Part shown: positions 45,704 through 57,709 of the stretch, in pieces
How positions within the stretch are numbered: the first letter of the stretch is position 1
Layout: the number at the start of each line of letters is the position of its first letter
Assembly (NCBI RefSeq): GCF_003018255.1
Contig: NZ_CP027440.1
Strand: one strand, 5' to 3'
Length of the DNA stretch: 64,000 nucleotides
From: Escherichia coli
Lineage (GTDB): Bacteria > Pseudomonadota > Gammaproteobacteria > Enterobacterales > Enterobacteriaceae
The notes under the pieces: model-generated
Database searches by the model: none
What the model saw: only the letters and a program-made list of their open reading frames with translations
Told to the model about the DNA's origin: nothing
Program-made: the position numbers and the translations under genes

Positions 45704-46411
45704 ATGAATACCCAACGAAAATACGGGAGAACCTGGCATTATCCTTTCTCCCCCGGCACCACCAGCGATGACCGCATTAATGCCGATTACTGGCAGGATT
45801 TACAGGCCATCACGCAATTGGTGCACACAGAAAAACTCGACGGTGAAAATAACTGCCTTAACCGCTACGGCGTGTTTGCCCGTTCCCATGCCGCGCCTAC
45901 GCAGTCGGCATGGACCTATAAAATTCGCCAACGCTGGCAACTGCTGAAAAACGATCTCGGCGATCTGGAGTTGTTTGGTGAAAATCTTTATGCCGTGCAT
46001 TCGATTGAATATCGCGCCCTGGAGCAGGATTTTTATCTGTTTGCCGTTCGCTGCCAGGATATGTGGCTGAGCTGGGAAGAGGTGCAGTTTTACGCCGCTC
46101 TGTTTGATTTCCCCTGCGTTCCCGAAATCTCCGGCCCGCAACCGGGGAATGATGAAAAAAGCTGGCAACGTGATTTTCTGGCGCTGACCAATGCGCGCGG
46201 CGCGTTCGATCCCTGGGATACGCAAACCGGGCAACCCTGTACGCTGGAAGGCATTGTCAGCAGGAATCGTGATGCGTTTTCCGTCGCTGACTTTTCGCAT
46301 AACGTCTTCAAGTATGTGCGCAAAAATCATGTCAAAATCACCGTCCACTGGAAACGACACTGGCAACGGGCGCGGATGGCCCATGAGTTCGATTATGGAG
46401 AACAGTCATGA
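45704..46411 (+). CDS. Minimal ATP-dependent RNA ligase (Rnl2-like nucleotidyltransferase domain only), putative
   Basis: 235-aa ORF with covalent nucleotidyltransferase motifs at Rnl2-like spacing: I EKLDGEN (K44), III LFGENLY (E93), IIIa DFYLFAV, IV EGIVSR (E182), [11 protein letters not shown] (K203/K207). Stop overlaps the downstream start (ATGA). Confidence 0.7.
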   Translation: MNTQRKYGRTWHYPFSPGTTSDDRINADYWQDLQAITQLVHTEKLDGENNCLNRYGVFARSHAAPTQSAWTYKIRQRWQLLKNDLGDLELFGENLYAVHSIEYRALEQDFYLFAVRCQDMWLSWEEVQFYAALFDFPCVPEISGPQPGNDEKSWQRDFLALTNARGAFDPWDTQTGQPCTLEGIVSRNRDAFSVADFSHNVFKYVRKNHVKITVHWKRHWQRARMAHEFDYGEQS

Positions 46412-47520
46412 TTTGGCAGCTTACCGACGACAAACGCTGGTCGGCGCTACGTCAGCGTTTTAGCTGGGTTGAGGAGATGCATCACACGCCACAAGACCCG
46501 GAGCATCATGGTGAAGGTGACGTCGGCGTGCATACCGAAATGGTGCTGAACGCCCTCGTTACTCAGCCAGAATTCCAGCAACTCCCCGCTCAACAGCAGG
46601 AAGTTTTATGGGCGGCGGCGTTATTGCATGATGTTGAAAAGCGCAGCACTACCGTGCAGGAAAACGGACGTATTCAGTCGCCTGGCCATGCTCGTCGGGG
46701 CGAACTGACGGCCCGACAAATTTTATGGCGCGATATCCCAACGCCGTTCGTGCTACGCGAGCAAATTGTTGCGCTGGTGCGTCTGCATGGGTTACCGCTA
46801 TGGTTACTGGAACGTCCGGAACCGGAGCGTTTGCTGCTCACGGCTGCAATGCGCATCGACACGCGTCTGCTCGCTTTGCTTGCTCGTGCCGATCTGCTTG
46901 GTCGCCAAAGCCCGGATCAGCAATCAATGCTGGAACGCATCGATCTGTTCGAGCTGTTTTGCCATGAGCAACAATGCTGGGGAAAAATGCGCCCGTTCGT
47001 TTCTGATTCCGCACGCTGGCACTACCTGACTCATGAGCAAAGTTCTCCTGATTTTGTTCCCTGGGAGGCTGAACCTTTTGAGGTTATTTTGCTGTGTGGC
47101 TTACCGGGTATGGGCAAAGATCGCTATATCAGTGAACAGTGCCAGGGAATGGACGTTATCAGCCTTGATGATATGCGGCGGCGAATCAATGCCAGTCCGG
47201 ACGACAAAACCGCCACCGGGCGTATTGTGCAACAGGCAAAAGAAGAGGCGCGCGTTTTTTTACGCCAGAAAAAGCCGTTCATCTGGAATGCAACGAACAT
47301 TACCCGCCAGCTGCGCAGCCAGCTCATCAGTCTGTTTACGGCTTACGGCGCACGAGTAAAAATCGTTTATCTGGAAGTGCCATGGGCGCAATGGAAGCAG
47401 CAAAATGCCAGACGCGAGTATGCAGTTCCTGAAGCGGTCGTGATGCGGATGGCCTCAAGGCTGGAAGTTCCTCAACCTGATGAAGCACATAGCGTGGAAT
47501 ATCGGATGACTGACAGGTAA
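46408..47520 (+). CDS. HD-domain phosphoesterase fused to P-loop polynucleotide 5'-kinase (HD-Pnk-like end-healing enzyme), putative
   Basis: 370-aa ORF. N-terminal HD motifs (H33/H34, LLHDVEK with H74-D75, further His/Asp at H127, D162); C-terminal Walker A GLPGMGKD (231-238) followed by DD and [11 protein letters not shown] segments typical of AAA_33/Pnk kinases. Confidence 0.7.
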   Translation: MIWQLTDDKRWSALRQRFSWVEEMHHTPQDPEHHGEGDVGVHTEMVLNALVTQPEFQQLPAQQQEVLWAAALLHDVEKRSTTVQENGRIQSPGHARRGELTARQILWRDIPTPFVLREQIVALVRLHGLPLWLLERPEPERLLLTAAMRIDTRLLALLARADLLGRQSPDQQSMLERIDLFELFCHEQQCWGKMRPFVSDSARWHYLTHEQSSPDFVPWEAEPFEVILLCGLPGMGKDRYISEQCQGMDVISLDDMRRRINASPDDKTATGRIVQQAKEEARVFLRQKKPFIWNATNITRQLRSQLISLFTAYGARVKIVYLEVPWAQWKQQNARREYAVPEAVVMRMASRLEVPQPDEAHSVEYRMTDR

Positions 47521-47525
47521 CAAAA

Positions 47526-47552
47526 GCCGGGCGGTGTTTTCACCAGCCCGGC
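47526..47552. terminator. Bidirectional terminator between the HD-Pnk gene and convergent luxS
   Basis: GCCGGGCGGTG-tttt-CACCaGCCCGGC long stem followed by a T-rich tail. Confidence 0.65.
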
Positions 47553-47570
47553 CTCTTCTGCTTAAACTGA

Positions 47571-48086
47571 CTAAATGTGCAGTTCCTGCAACTTCTCTTT
47601 CGGCAGCGCCAGTTCTTCGTTGCTGTTGATGCGCACGTCACGTTCCAGAATGCTACGCGCAATATCCTGCGCTTCCTGCAACGAGTGCATCTGGTAAGTG
47701 CCACACTGGTAGACGTTCAGTTCCGGGATCTGATTCTGATCCTGCACTTTCAGCACGTCTTCCATTGCCGCTTTCCAGGCATCAGCAACACGCTGCTCAT
47801 CTGGCGTACCAATCAGACTCATATAAAAACCGGTGCGGCAGCCCATTGGCGAGATATCGATAATCTCTACACCATTACCGTTAAGATGGTTACGCATAAA
47901 ACCAGCAAACAGGTGCTCCAGGGTATGGATCCCTCTTTCTGGCATCACTTCTTTGTTCGGCACGCAGAAGCGCAGATCGAACACGGTGATTGCGTCGCCA
48001 TGCGGGGTGTTCATTGTTTTCGCCACCCGAACTGCAGGCGCTTCCATCCGGGTATGATCGACTGTGAAGCTATCTAACAACGGCAT
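47571..48086 (-). CDS. luxS: S-ribosylhomocysteine lyase (autoinducer-2 synthase) LuxS
   Basis: 171-aa [26 protein letters not shown]... with the HxxEH metal motif (HTLEHL). Confidence 0.95.
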
Positions 48087-48155
48087 TTAGCCACCTCCGG
48101 TAATTTTTTTTTAAAATTTTCTGAACTCTTTCTTCCCAGGCGAGTCTGAGTATAT

Positions 48156-48229
48156 GAAAGACGCGCATTTGTTATCATCATCCCTGAATTCAGAGATGAA
48201 ATTTTGGCCACTCACGAGTGGCCTTTTTC
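48156..48229 (+). ncRNA. micA: Hfq-dependent small RNA MicA (SraD)
   Basis: GAAAGACGCGCATTTGTTATCATCATCCCTGAATTCAGAGATGAAATTTT followed by the terminator GGCCACTCACGAGTGGCC-TTTTT; lies between luxS and gshA on the opposite strand to both. Confidence 0.85.
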
Positions 48230-48236
48230 TTTTCTG

Positions 48237-49820
<1,584 letters not shown>

Positions 49821-49865
49821 TTAATTAGCATAACTGTAATGGTGACCATATGTGCAGGCCTACAA

Positions 49866-50294
49866 TTAGTGCCACCACATCATGCCCTGAACGGTAGCTG
49901 CTGCAACTGCAACATAGCGTAACGCTTTACCAAGGCACAAAAAAAAGATTACCGGTCCCCACGAGATGCGCATCCATCCCGCTAACAGACACAGTAAATC
50001 GCCAACCACGGGCATCCAGCTTAATAATAGCGTGACTGCACCATAGCGTTTCAGCCAGCCGGTAGCTTTCTCTTGCCAGCGCGATGTTTTACGCAATGGA
50101 AAGAAACGCCCAAGGATAACGTTAGTTAACCCTCCAAGGCTATTACCCATTGTTGCTGTTAAAACTAAAACCCAGGGATGACTCACTCCGGAAAGCAACA
50201 TTGCCACCAGCACGACTTCGGAGTTGCCGGGTAATAGTGTAGCGCTGAGAAAACTACTGGCAAACAACGAGAAAAGCGATAACGCTTCACTCAC
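49866..50294 (-). CDS. yqaA: DedA/SNARE-associated-family inner membrane protein YqaA
   Basis: 142-aa multi-TM ORF; its start overlaps the yqaB stop. Confidence 0.88.
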   Translation of the reverse strand: MSEALSLFSLFASSFLSATLLPGNSEVVLVAMLLSGVSHPWVLVLTATMGNSLGGLTNVILGRFFPLRKTSRWQEKATGWLKRYGAVTLLLSWMPVVGDLLCLLAGWMRISWGPVIFFLCLGKALRYVAVAAATVQGMMWWH

Positions 50295-50857
50295 AGCAAG
50301 CGAACATCCACAGCGTCCATGCCTGCTGCACGGGCCGCCTGAATACCGAAATCGGCATCTTCAAAGACCACACACTGTGTCGGTTGCACGCCCATACGCT
50401 GCGCGCACAACAAAAATGTGTCTGGCGCGGGTTTATGGTGTTTGACGTGATCGGCAGCGACGACGGCGTCAAAATAACGGCGTAATCCCAGGTGTGCCAG
50501 CAATGCCTCAGCGATGGCGCTTTCACTCCCCGTTCCTACAGCCATTGGGCGACGACCATGCCAGCTTTTCACCACTTCAACAAGAGGAAGCGGCTCGACA
50601 CTATCCAGCAGCATACTTCTTACTGCTTCTGTTTTTTCACGCGCTAACGCATGCGGGTCGAGATCGGCCTGATTCAGCTCAATAATCGCCTGAGCAATAC
50701 GCCAGGTGGGCGAGCCATTAAGCGCAATCATCGCCTGAACATCGTACTGAAGACCGTAGTACCCTAATACTTCGCGCCACGCTTTACGGTGCGTAGGCTC
50801 GGTATCCAGGATGGTGCCATCCATATCAAAAATTAAACCTGCATAACGCTCGTACAT
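50291..50857 (-). CDS. yqaB: HAD-superfamily sugar phosphatase (fructose-1-phosphate phosphatase) YqaB
   Basis: 188-aa ORF with the HAD motif I DMDGTILDTE. Confidence 0.9.
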   Translation of the reverse strand: MYERYAGLIFDMDGTILDTEPTHRKAWREVLGYYGLQYDVQAMIALNGSPTWRIAQAIIELNQADLDPHALAREKTEAVRSMLLDSVEPLPLVEVVKSWHGRRPMAVGTGSESAIAEALLAHLGLRRYFDAVVAADHVKHHKPAPDTFLLCAQRMGVQPTQCVVFEDADFGIQAARAAGMDAVDVRLL

Positions 50858-51004
50858 GGTCTTCTCGCAAGTCGAAAAATATGACGCTACTTTAGCGTAA
50901 TTGCTTGATTTTGTCGCTGATGGAGAAGGAGAAGAAAATTCAGGAAATGGATAAAGTAGTTATTTAGAAATGAGATATTTTTGAAGGAAATTTTTTGGAG
51001 AAGA

Positions 51005-51137
51005 TGGTGCATCCGGGAGGATGACTCACTGGCGTTCGCCCTTCGGGCCGCTGCTGGCGCAACGTTATCCTCCCTGGTGCCTGCGGTTAATACCGCTACC
51101 TCTTCGATACCTTCATTGCTGAAGGTTACGGAGAATA
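51005..51137 (-). repeat. tRNA-Arg 3'-end-derived structured element (copy A)
   Basis: Begins with an exact copy of the first 18 nt of the reverse-complemented tRNA-Arg gene (TGGTGCATCCGGGAGGAT), then diverges into a ~115-nt segment with internal inverted repeats (GCATCCGGGAGGAT...ATCCTCCCTGGTGC; ACCTTCA-ttgc-TGAAGGT). Confidence 0.55.
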
Positions 51138-51214
51138 TGGTGCATCCGGGAGGATTCGAACCTCCGACCGCTCGGTTCGTAGCCGAGTACTCTATCCAGC
51201 TGAGCTACGGATGC
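51138..51214 (-). tRNA. argQ: tRNA-Arg (anticodon ACG)
   Basis: 77-nt exact reverse complement of GCATCCGTAGCTCAGCTGGATAGAGTACTCGGCTACGAACCGAGCGGTCGGAGGTTCGAATCCTCCCGGATGCACCA. Confidence 0.9.
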
Positions 51215-51277
51215 ATTGGGAAAATTTATTTTACTGCTGATATTGATATCGCTACTAAAGCCATATCAAGTAAGAGA

Positions 51278-51354
51278 TGGTGCATCCGGGAGGATTCGAA
51301 CCTCCGACCGCTCGGTTCGTAGCCGAGTACTCTATCCAGCTGAGCTACGGATGC
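51278..51354 (-). tRNA. argZ: tRNA-Arg (anticodon ACG)
   Basis: Identical 77-nt copy; the 63-nt spacer is near-identical to the next spacer. Confidence 0.9.
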
Positions 51355-51416
51355 ATCGGGAAATTTATTTTACTGCTGATATTGATACCGCTACTAAAGC
51401 CATATCAAGTAAGAGA

Positions 51417-51493
51417 TGGTGCATCCGGGAGGATTCGAACCTCCGACCGCTCGGTTCGTAGCCGAGTACTCTATCCAGCTGAGCTACGGATGC
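51417..51493 (-). tRNA. argY: tRNA-Arg (anticodon ACG)
   Basis: Identical 77-nt copy. Confidence 0.9.
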
Positions 51494-51557
51494 ATCTGGA
51501 AACTTACTTTACTGCAGATTTTTTGATACCGCTACTAAAGCCGTATCAAGTAAGAGA

Positions 51558-51691
51558 TGGTGCATCCGGGAGGATTACTCGCCTTGCGGCTCGCCCTTCG
51601 GGCCGTTGCTAAAGCAACGTTATCCTCCCTGGTGCCTGCGGTTATTACCGCCACCTCTTCCATACCTTCATCGCTGAAGGTACGTAGAATA
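51558..51691 (-). repeat. tRNA-Arg 3'-end-derived structured element (copy B)
   Basis: Paralogue of copy A (TGGTGCATCCGGGAGGAT + divergent structured ~115 nt), located inside the 198-nt argY-argV spacer. Confidence 0.55.
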
Positions 51692-51768
51692 TGGTGCATC
51701 CGGGAGGATTCGAACCTCCGACCGCTCGGTTCGTAGCCGAGTACTCTATCCAGCTGAGCTACGGATGC
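51692..51768 (-). tRNA. argV: tRNA-Arg (anticodon ACG)
   Basis: Identical 77-nt copy, 3 nt from serV. Confidence 0.9.
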
Positions 51769-51771
51769 AAA

Positions 51772-51864
51772 TGGCGGTGAGGCGGGGATTCGAACCCCGG
51801 ATGCAGCTTTTGACCGCATACTCCCTTAGCAGGGGAGCGCCTTCAGCCTCTCGGCCACCTCACC
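51772..51864 (-). tRNA. serV: tRNA-Ser (anticodon GCU), long variable arm
   Basis: 93-nt reverse complement of GGTGAGGTGGCCGAGAGGCTGAAGGCGCTCCCCTGCTAAGGGAGTATGCGGTCAAAAGCTGCATCCGGGGTTCGAATCCCCGCCTCACCGCCA. Confidence 0.9.
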
Positions 51865-52179
51865 ACACGCCTCTTACGAGTGCTTCGAAGAACTTGTTTA
51901 TCGCTCATCGTCGCTGCGTGGCGCACATATTACTTTCTGAGACTTATAAGTCAAACAATTTTTCCCACACTTTTATCGTTTGCACACTTCACGCTCAATT
52001 AGTCTGTAAAAACGTCAAAAAGAGTGTTTTATCAACAGAAAAACGGAGGTCTGTCAGATAGCAGTAATGCAAAAAAATGGAGACTTAAGTTGAATGAACG
52101 GGAGTAAAGCGAAAAGACAATGGAGTGAAGAAGAAATTTTGAGGGTGCGTCTCACCGATAAAGATGAGACGCGGAAAGA

Positions 52180-52365
52180 TTAGTAACTGGACTGCTGGGA
52201 TTTTTCAGCCTGGATACGCTGGTAGATCTCTTCACGGTGAACAGAAACTTCCTTCGGGGCATTTACGCCAATACGTACCTGGTTGCCCTTTACCCCTAAA
52301 ACTGTCACGGTGACCTCATCCCCAATCATGAGGGTCTCACCAACTCGACGAGTCAGAATCAGCAT
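52180..52365 (-). CDS. csrA: Carbon storage regulator CsrA (RNA-binding global regulator)
   Basis: 61-aa [64 protein letters not shown]. Confidence 0.97.
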
Positions 52366-52599
52366 TCTTTGCTCCTTGAAAGATTAAAAGAGTCGGGTCT
52401 CTCTGTATCCCGGCATTATCCATCATATAACGCCAAAAAGTAAGCAATGACAAACACATTACATCTAAGCAGTCATGGCATTACATTCTGTTAAACCTAA
52501 GTTTAGCCGATATACACAACTTCAACCTGACTTTATCGTTGTCGATAGCGTTAATGCGAATGCCGTGAAGCGAGTCCACGGCATTGCCTGACGCTTATA

Positions 52600-55230
52600 T
52601 TATTGCAATTTCGCGCTGACCCAGCCTTTCACACTGGCTAACGCTGCAGGTAAGGCCGCAGCATCCGTACCACCGGCTTGCGCCATGTCAGGACGTCCAC
52701 CACCCTTGCCGCCCACCTGCTGAGCGACCATACCAATCAGTTCCCCTGCTTTCACACGATCTGTGACGTCCTTAGATACGCCTGCAATCAGAGAAACCTT
52801 ACCTTCGGCTACCGTTGCCAGCACGATAATTGTCGACCCCAGCTGATTTTTTAAATCGTCAACCATGGTACGCAACATTTTCGGCTCAACACCGCTAAGC
52901 TCGCTAACCAACAGCTTAACACCATTAACATCAATTGCCTTACTGGAAAGATTTGCGCTCTCCTGTGCGGCAGCTTGTTCTTTAAGCTGTTGTAACTCTT
53001 TTTCCAGCTGACGCGTACGTTCCAGTACTGAGCGCACTTTATCAGCCAGATTATTGCTATCGCCTTTCAGCAGATGCGCGACTTCGTTTAAGCGATCGCT
53101 GTCTGCATGAACGGTGGCGATAGCGCCTTCTCCGGTTACCGCTTCGATACGACGAACGCCTGCAGCAGTACCCGATTCAGAGATGATGCGGAACAGACCA
53201 ATATCACCAGTGCGACTGGCGTGAGTACCGCCACACAGCTCGGTGGAGAAATCGCCCATGCTCAGCACACGTACACGTTCATCATACTTCTCGCCGAACA
53301 GCGCCATCGCACCTTTCGCTTTCGCCGCTTCGAGATCCATGATGTTGGTTTCAATCGGCAAGTTACGGCGAATCTGTGCGTTCACCAGGTCTTCGACCGC
53401 ACGAATCTCTTCTGGTTTCATCGCTTCGTTGTGTGAGAAGTCGAAGCGCAGCACTTTGTCGTTAACCAGTGAACCTTTCTGCGATACATGAGTACCCAGA
53501 ACCTGGCGCAGCGCAGCGTGCATCAGGTGCGTTGCGGAGTGATTCAGACGAATACGGGCGCGACGAGCTTCATCAACATCAGCCTGCACCGCGTCGCCCA
53601 CTTTCAGAGAACCCGCAGCAAGTTTACCGATGTGACCAATCGCCTGGCCGTATTTCTGCGTATCTTCCACCGCAAAGGAGAAGTTAGCGCCTTTCAGTTC
53701 GCCTTTATCACCAACCTGACCGCCGGATTCCGCATAGAATGGCGTTTGATCCAGCACGACCACAGCTTCCTGGCCTGCATTGATGGCATCAACCGCTTTA
53801 CCATCAACAAACAGCGCGGTCACTTTGCCGTTCAGTTCCAGATGGTCATAGCCTTTAAATTCAGATGCACTGTTAACACGGATCATTGCGTTGTAATCGG
53901 CACCAAAGCCGCTGGCTTCGCGCGCACGACGACGCTGCTCTTCCATTGCTGCTTCAAATCCAGCTTCGTCAACTTTGATGTTGCGCTCACGACAAACATC
54001 AGCCGTCAGGTCAACCGGGAAGCCATAGGTGTCGTACAGACGGAAAGCCGTTTCACCATCCAGCGTATCACCAGAAAGTTTTGCCAGCTCTTCGTCCAGC
54101 AGCGCCAGACCGCGCTCCAGAGTACGGGCAAACTGCTCTTCTTCAGTCTTCAGCACCTGCTCAACCTGCGCCTGCTGGCGTTTCAGGTCTTCACCCGCAG
54201 AGCCCATTACGTCGATCAGCGGACCAACCAGTTTGTAGAAGAAGGTTTCTTTCGCGCCCAGCATATTGCCGTGACGCACTGCGCGACGAATGATACGACG
54301 CAGTACATAACCACGGTTTTCGTTGGACGGCATTACGCCATCCGCGATCAGGAACGCACAAGAACGAATGTGGTCAGCGATTACGCGCAGCGATTTGTTG
54401 CTCAAATCGGTCGCGCCAGTGACTTTCGCTACCGCCTGGATCAGCGTACGGAACAGGTCGATGTCATAGTTAGAGTTAACGTGTTGCAGCACCGCAGCAA
54501 TACGCTCCAGACCCATACCGGTATCTACAGACGGCTTCGGCAGCGGTTCCATCGTGCCATCTGCCTGGCGGTTGAACTGCATGAAGACGATGTTCCAGAT
54601 CTCAATGTAGCGGTCGCCGTCTTCTTCCGGACTTCCCGGAGGGCCACCCCAAATGTGGTCGCCGTGATCGTAGAAGATTTCGGTGCACGGGCCGCACGGA
54701 CCAGTGTCACCCATCTGCCAGAAGTTGTCAGATGCGTATGGCGCACCTTTGTTATCGCCGATGCGAATAATACGTTCGCGCGGGATCCCGACTTCTTTTT
54801 CCCAGATTTCGTAGGCTTCGTCGTCGCTTTCATAGACGGTAACCCACAGACGCTCTTTCGGCAGGGCAAACCATTTTTCGCTGGTCAGCAGTTCCCATGC
54901 AAACTGAATGGCATCGTGTTTGAAATAGTCGCCGAAGCTGAAGTTGCCCAGCATTTCGAAGAAGGTATGGTGACGCGCGGTGTAACCGACGTTTTCCAGG
55001 TCGTTGTGTTTACCACCCGCACGCACGCAGCGTTGGGAAGTGGTAGCGCGGGAATAATTACGCTTGTCGAGCCCAAGGAACACATCCTTGAACTGGTTCA
55101 TCCCGGCGTTGGTAAACAACAAAGTTGGGTCGTTATGGGGTACCAGGGAGCTGCTGGCAACTACCTGATGTCCCTTACTATGGAAAAAGTCGAGAAACGC
55201 CTGACGGATCTCAGCGGTGCTCTTGCTCAT
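52600..55230 (-). CDS. alaS: Alanine--tRNA ligase
   Basis: 876-aa ORF; class II aaRS with a C-terminal editing domain. Confidence 0.97.
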   Translation of the reverse strand: MSKSTAEIRQAFLDFFHSKGHQVVASSSLVPHNDPTLLFTNAGMNQFKDVFLGLDKRNYSRATTSQRCVRAGGKHNDLENVGYTARHHTFFEMLGNFSFGDYFKHDAIQFAWELLTSEKWFALPKERLWVTVYESDDEAYEIWEKEVGIPRERIIRIGDNKGAPYASDNFWQMGDTGPCGPCTEIFYDHGDHIWGGPPGSPEEDGDRYIEIWNIVFMQFNRQADGTMEPLPKPSVDTGMGLERIAAVLQHVNSNYDIDLFRTLIQAVAKVTGATDLSNKSLRVIADHIRSCAFLIADGVMPSNENRGYVLRRIIRRAVRHGNMLGAKETFFYKLVGPLIDVMGSAGEDLKRQQAQVEQVLKTEEEQFARTLERGLALLDEELAKLSGDTLDGETAFRLYDTYGFPVDLTADVCRERNIKVDEAGFEAAMEEQRRRAREASGFGADYNAMIRVNSASEFKGYDHLELNGKVTALFVDGKAVDAINAGQEAVVVLDQTPFYAESGGQVGDKGELKGANFSFAVEDTQKYGQAIGHIGKLAAGSLKVGDAVQADVDEARRARIRLNHSATHLMHAALRQVLGTHVSQKGSLVNDKVLRFDFSHNEAMKPEEIRAVEDLVNAQIRRNLPIETNIMDLEAAKAKGAMALFGEKYDERVRVLSMGDFSTELCGGTHASRTGDIGLFRIISESGTAAGVRRIEAVTGEGAIATVHADSDRLNEVAHLLKGDSNNLADKVRSVLERTRQLEKELQQLKEQAAAQESANLSSKAIDVNGVKLLVSELSGVEPKMLRTMVDDLKNQLGSTIIVLATVAEGKVSLIAGVSKDVTDRVKAGELIGMVAQQVGGKGGGRPDMAQAGGTDAAALPAALASVKGWVSAKLQ

Positions 55231-55357
55231 AATTATCCTGAAATCAAGCTAACGAAATATCGCCACCAGCTACAGCGTGTTTTAACCGCCGGGCTGGTAA
55301 CTGAAAAGTGGGAATAAGATAAGTTTTCTTGACTGGGAAGTAAAATCCCGTATGCGT

Positions 55358-55858
55358 TCAGTCGGCAAAATTTCGCCAAATATCCTGGATATCTTCCATC
55401 AGATAGCCACGATAGAGCAGAAAACGCTGGATCTTAACTTTTTCTGAAAAGACAGTTGGCAAAGGTTCGCCATATTTTCGCGTCGCCTGATCGCGCGCCA
55501 GTGCGCACCAGTCGATGTCACATTCACGCATCGCTTTTTCTGTCGCTTCGCGGGAAATACCTTTCTGATTCAGTTCCTGACGAATACGCGCAGGTCCATA
55601 ACCTTTGCGGCTACGGCTGGCGATAAAGCGCGCAACAAATCGGCTGTCATCGAGATAGCCATGTTCATGGCACCAGGCGATAACGCGCTCGTAATCTTCT
55701 GCCGTGGCATCAATCTCTTCCGGGCCATTTTTGCCCATGATCGGTGCCGCGAGTTTACGTCGCAATTCTTGCTCACTGTGATCGCGCACCGCCAGAATGC
55801 GTACCGCACGATCCAACAGGCGAGCATATGCCGGGCGACGGGACGTTGATTCTGTCAT
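55358..55858 (-). CDS. recX: RecA regulator RecX
   Basis: 166-aa ORF immediately downstream of recA. Confidence 0.93.
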   Translation of the reverse strand: MTESTSRRPAYARLLDRAVRILAVRDHSEQELRRKLAAPIMGKNGPEEIDATAEDYERVIAWCHEHGYLDDSRFVARFIASRSRKGYGPARIRQELNQKGISREATEKAMRECDIDWCALARDQATRKYGEPLPTVFSEKVKIQRFLLYRGYLMEDIQDIWRNFAD

Positions 55859-55926
55859 GGCATATCCTTACAACTTAAAAAAGCAAAAGGGCCGCAGATG
55901 CGACCCTTGTGTATCAAACAAGACGA

Positions 55927-57067
<1,141 letters not shown>

Positions 57068-57071
<4 letters not shown>

Positions 57072-57565
57072 GTGTTTTGTAGAAATTGTTGCCACAAGGT
57101 CTGCAATGCATACGCAGTAGCCTGACGACGCACCGCATCACGGTCACCGCTGAAACATTCCCGCCGGGTAATGCCTTCACCACGGGCAGTGGCAAAAGCA
57201 AACCAGACGGTGCCGACAGGTTTCTCTTCACTGCCGCCATCCGGCCCGGCGATACCACTAATAGACACGGCGTAATCAGCACGAGCCGCTTTCAGTGCGC
57301 CTATCACCATTTCCACCACGACAGGTTCGCTCACCGCGCCATGCTGTGCCAGCGTCTCTTCGCGTACACCGATCATTTGCGCTTTTGCTTCGTTACTGTA
57401 GGTGACAAATCCGCGTTCAAACCAGGCGGAACTGCCGGCAATATCGGTAATCACTTTCGCTACCCAACCGCCGGTACAAGACTCAGCAGTTGTTACGGTT
57501 GCGCCACGGGCTTTCAGCGACTGCCCAACCTGTTCGCTTAACTGCATCAGTTCACTGTCAGTCAT
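57068..57565 (-). CDS. pncC: NMN amidohydrolase PncC (CinA-like C-terminal domain)
   Basis: 165 aa from MTDSELMQLSEQVGQSLKARGATV... Confidence 0.9.
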
Positions 57566-57709
57566 CACAACCTCTGTCAGTCAAAAATTTATGCCGGACA
57601 AGATAACACTTTCGTCAGGAAGATGGTGTTGGCGTTGCAATTTTACGAGGAGGATTCAGAAAAAAGCTGATTAGCCAGAGGGAAGCTCACGCCCCCCTCT
57701 TACAAATAG

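Noticed and set aside
50981-51612. Three plus-strand ORFs (113, 81 and 111 aa) with repetitive translations
   Set aside because: They are read-through translations of the reverse complement of the tRNA-Arg genes and spacers, not protein genes.
51138-51768. Regularly spaced 77-nt identical repeats with ~62-nt spacers, superficially array-like
   Set aside because: The repeats are complete tRNA-Arg(ACG) genes with cloverleaf structure, and the spacers are near-identical to each other rather than unique; no CRISPR repeat features or cas genes are present.
53488-55317. 609-aa plus-strand ORF
   Set aside because: Entirely antisense to alaS, which has a recognisable tRNA-synthetase sequence; the long open antisense frame is a composition artefact.
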